Shown piece after piece: positions 60,268 to 64,000 of a stretch of DNA of 64,000 bases. The notes beneath the pieces are model-generated. The model was not told the origin of the DNA. It saw only the letters and a program-made list of their open reading frames with translations, and did no database searches. A program made the position numbers and the translations under genes. Source of the DNA: the human T2T-CHM13v2.0 reference genome, Homo sapiens; the NCBI RefSeq assembly GCF_009914755.1, contig NC_060926.1; one strand, 5' to 3'. The first letter of the stretch is position 1. Each line of letters starts with the position of its first letter.

Positions 60268-61512
60268 AATTTCATGCGTGTCCTTTTGAAGAGACCACCA
60301 AACAGGCTTTGCGTGAGCAACAAGGCTGTTTATTTCACCTGGGTGCAGGCAGGCTGAGTCCAAAAAGAGAGTCAGCAAAGGGAGATAGGGGTAGGGCCAT
60401 TTTATAAGATTTGGGTAGCTAAAGGAAAATTACACTCAAAGGGGGGTTGTTCTCTGGCGGGCAGGGGTGGGGGTCACAAGGTGTTCAGTAGGGGAGCTTT
60501 TGAGCCAGGATGAGCCAGGAGAAGGAATTTCACAAGATAATGTCATCAGTTAAGGCAGGAACAGGCCATTTTCACTTCTTTTGTGGTGGAATGTCATCAG
60601 TTAAGCAGGAACTGGCCATCTGGATGTGTACGTGCAGGTCACAGGGGATATGATAGCTTAGCTTGGGCTCAGGGGCCTGACAATACTAGCTATGGGTCTG
60701 TCTTATATAGCTTTTATTATGTAGAGTTATGTTCTTTCTATACCCAGTTTGTTGGAGATTTTTTTTTTATTATTCTGAAGGGATGTTGAATTTTATCAAA
60801 TGCGTTTTCAGCATCAATTGAAATGACCATATGGTTTTTATCTTTCATTGTGTTATGATGTATCATATTGATCGATTTGCATATGTTGAATCATCCTTGC
60901 ATCCTAGTAATAAATTCCACTTGGTCATATGTGTGACCTTTCAAATATGTTGTTGAATTTGGATTGCTAATAACTTGTTGAGAATTTTTGCACGAACATT
61001 GATCAGAGATATTGACCTGTAGTTTTCAATTTTTGATAGGTCTTTGTCCGGTTTTGGTATCAGGGTAATTCTGGCCTTAAAGAGTGAATTTGGAAGTATT
61101 TCCTCCTCCTCTATTTTTCAGAATAATTTCAGTAGGATTGGTATTAGTTCTTGAGTAGGATTGGTATAATTCAGCAGTAAAGCCATCAAGTCCTGGGACG
61201 TTCTTTACTGGAATACTTTTTATTATGGCTTTGATCTCGTTACTTGTTATTGGTCTGTTCAGGTTTTGGATTTCTTCCTGTTTTAATCTTGGTAGATTGT
61301 ATGTATCTAGAAATTTGTCCATTTCTTCTAGATTTTCCAATTTATTGGCATGTAGTTGCTCATACCCAGTCACTAATGATCTTTTGAATTTCTACAGTAT
61401 CTGATGTAATATCTCCTTTTTCATTTCTGATTTTCTCAGAAAATCAATAAAACTTTAATTTTTTTGTCTTTCTATTTTATCTTTCTGTTTTTGATCTTTT
61501 CTTCTTAGTCTG

Positions 61513-61921
61513 TTTCACTCGTGTCTGTGTGAAGAGACCACCAAACAGGCTTTTTGTGAGCAATAAAGCTTTTTAATCTCCTGGGTGCAGGTGGGCTGAG
61601 TCTGAAAAGAGAGTCAGGGAAGGGAGATGGGGTGGGGCCATTTTATAAGATTTGGGTAGGTAAAGGAAAATTACAGTCAAAGGGGGGTTCTCTGGCTGGC
61701 AGGGGTAGGGGTCACAAGGTGCTCAGTTGGGGAGCTTTTGAGCCAGGATGAGCCAGGAAAAGGAATTTCACAAGGTAATGTTATCAGTTAAGGCAGGAAC
61801 AGGCCATTTTCACTTATTTTGTGGTGGAATGTCATCAGTTAAGGCAGGAGCAGGCCATCTGGATGTGTACGTGCAGGTCACAGGGGATATGATGGCTTAG
61901 CTTTGGCTCAGAGGCCTGACA
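61513..61921 (-). mobile_element. Solo LTR7, 409 bp
   Basis: TSD GTCTG at 61508-61512 and 61922-61926; inserted in the same L1 as the provirus. Confidence 0.97.
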
Positions 61922-64000
61922 GTCTGGCTAACGGTTTGTCAATTTTGTTTAACTTTTCACAAAACTCATTTTTTGTTTCATTGATCTTTTTAGTGTCTTT
62001 AAAATTCAATTTCATTTATTTATGCTCTGGTCTTTATTACTTCTTTTATTTGGGTGTTGAAGTCTCCAGCTCTTATTATATTGGGGCCTCTCTTTTTAAC
62101 TCTAATAATATTTTCTTTATATATCTGGGTGTTCCTGTGTTTGCTGCATATATATTTAAAATTATTATCCTTTTGCTGAACTGACCCCTTTATCATTTTA
62201 TAACAACCTTCTTTGTCTCTTATAGTTTTTCTCTTGAAATCTCTTTTGTCTGATATGTATATAGTAACTTCTGCTTGTTTTTGGTTTCCATTGGCATGAA
62301 ATTCTTTTTCTATCCCTTTATTTTTAGTCTATGTGTGTCTTTATAGGCGAAGTGTGTTTCTTGTAAGAAACAGATAAATGAGTCTTGTTTTTTCTTTCAT
62401 TCAGCCATTCTACAGCTTTTGATTGGAGAGTTTCATCCATTTACATTCAACATATTACGAATAAGTAAGGACTTACTCCTGACATTTTGTTACTTGTTTT
62501 CTGGTTGTTTTGTGGCCTTCTCTTTCTTTCATTCTTGTCTTTCTCTAGTGAAGAAGATTTGCTCTGGTGATATGATTTAGTTTCTTTCTTTTTATTTTTT
62601 CTGTATCCATTGTATGTTTTGTAGTTTGAGGTCACCATGAGGCTTGCAAATACTGTACTTATTATTTTAACCTAATAACAATATTCTCTGTATAAACAAG
62701 CAAGCAAAACAAAAACTAATAAAAATTCACCTTAACTTTGTCCTCGAACTTTTAAACTTTTTATTGTTTCCATTTATATATTTTTGTACTATGTCCTACA
62801 AAGTTTTTGTAGTTATTATTTCTTATTGGTTCATTGTTTAGTCTTTCTACTCAGGATAAGAGTAGTTTACACACCATAGTTACATTGTTATAGTATTCTG
62901 TGTTTTTCTGTGTGCTTACTATTACCAGTAAGTTTTATACCTTCAGGTAATTATTTATTGCTTATTAATATCCTTTTCCTTCTGATTGAAGTAGTAAAGG
63001 TCTGGCATTTCCATATAGGAAAGGTTGTAGCATTTCTTGTAGGAAAGGTCTGGTACTGATAAAATTCCCCAGCTTTTGCTTATTTCTCCTTCAGCTTGAA
63101 TGACATTTTTGCCAGATATACTATTCTAGGGCAAAAGTTATTTTCCTTCAGCACTTTAAATATGTCATGCCATTCTCTCTTGGCCTGTAAGGTTTCCACT
63201 AAAAAGTGTTCTGAAAGACATATTGTAGCTCCGTTTTATGTTATTTGCTTGTTTTCTCTTCCTGCTTTTAGAATCCTTTCTTTATCCTTGACCTTTAGGA
63301 GTCTGATTATTAAATTCCTTGAGGCAATCTTCTTTGGGTTAAATCTGCTTGGTGTTCTATAACCTTCTTGTACTTGGATATTGAAATCTTTCTCTAGAAT
63401 TGGGAAATTCTCTGTTATTATACCTTTGAAAAAGCTTTCTATCTGTATCACTCTACCTCCTCGTTAAGACCAATAACTCTTAGATTTGCCCATTTGAGGA
63501 TATTTTCTACATCCTCTAAGCCTGTTTCTTTTTTATTTTTATTTTTTGCCTCCCCTGATTATGTATTTTAAAATAGCTTGCCTTTAAGATCACTAATTAT
63601 GTCTTCTCCTTGATCCATTCTGCTATTAAAGGACTCTGATGCATTCTTCAGTATGCCAGTTGTATTATTCAGCTCCAGTATTTCTGCTTATTTTTAATTA
63701 TTTCCATCTCTTTGTTAAGCTTTTCTATTTCTGAGTTACTTCTCTGTGTTATTTTGAATTTATTTGAGTTTCCTTAAAACAACTATTGTGAATTCTGTGT
63801 CTGAAGGATCACATATCTGATTCACCAGGATTGCTCCTTGGTGCCTTATTTAGTTCATTTGGTAAGTTCATGTTTTCCTGGCTGACACTGATGCTAGTAG
63901 ATGTTCTTTTGTGTCTGAGCATTGAATAATTAGGTATTTATTGTAATCTTCACTGTCTGGGCTTACTTGTAGTTTTCCTTTTGGGGTAGCCTTTCCAGAT

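Larger units (their letters stand above)
54723..60682 (-). mobile_element. HERV-H provirus, 5960 bp, common deleted (RTVL-H2-like) form
   Basis: LTR7 at 54723-55136 and 60270-60682; TSD ATACT at 54718-54722 and 60683-60687; PPT AAGAAGACAGGAA next to the 3' LTR; His PBS; gag/pro/pol/env remnants. Confidence 0.98.
52450..64000 (-). mobile_element. Long L1MA1/2-type LINE-1 (3' end at 52450, runs off the window) interrupted by HERV-H and a solo LTR7
   Basis: 3' end gatacatagtaggt...ttttgatacaggcat; ORF2 peptides [57 protein letters not shown]; ORF1 peptide IITENFPILEKD...RTPSRFN. Confidence 0.93.

Overview
Primate (catarrhine/human-like) non-coding DNA, AT-rich and dominated by interspersed repeats. 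I found no credible host protein-coding exon; the long ORFs belong to Alu, L1, THE1 or ERV remnants. Main content: (1) four independent HERV-H/LTR7 integrations, all on the minus strand and each with its own 5-bp TSD (solo LTRs 12643-13092, 49771-50218, 61513-61921; two-LTR provirus 54723-60682); (2) a 9-kb nested LTR stack at 27967-37128, where a MER39-like LTR is split by a MER61-type provirus (carrying MADE1 and an Alu) and by a full THE1A (carrying an Alu); (3) many L1, Alu, DNA-transposon and older LTR relics. Most unusual: the same-strand LTR7 cluster built from four different LTR module combinations, a series of locally templated DNA-level insertions and inversions (including a coupled env inversion and env+L1 capture inside the MER61 provirus), and a possible small retrocopied mRNA 3' end at about 4.6-4.8 kb. 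Family names come from recalled consensus sequences and mismatch counts from by-eye alignment, not from database searches.
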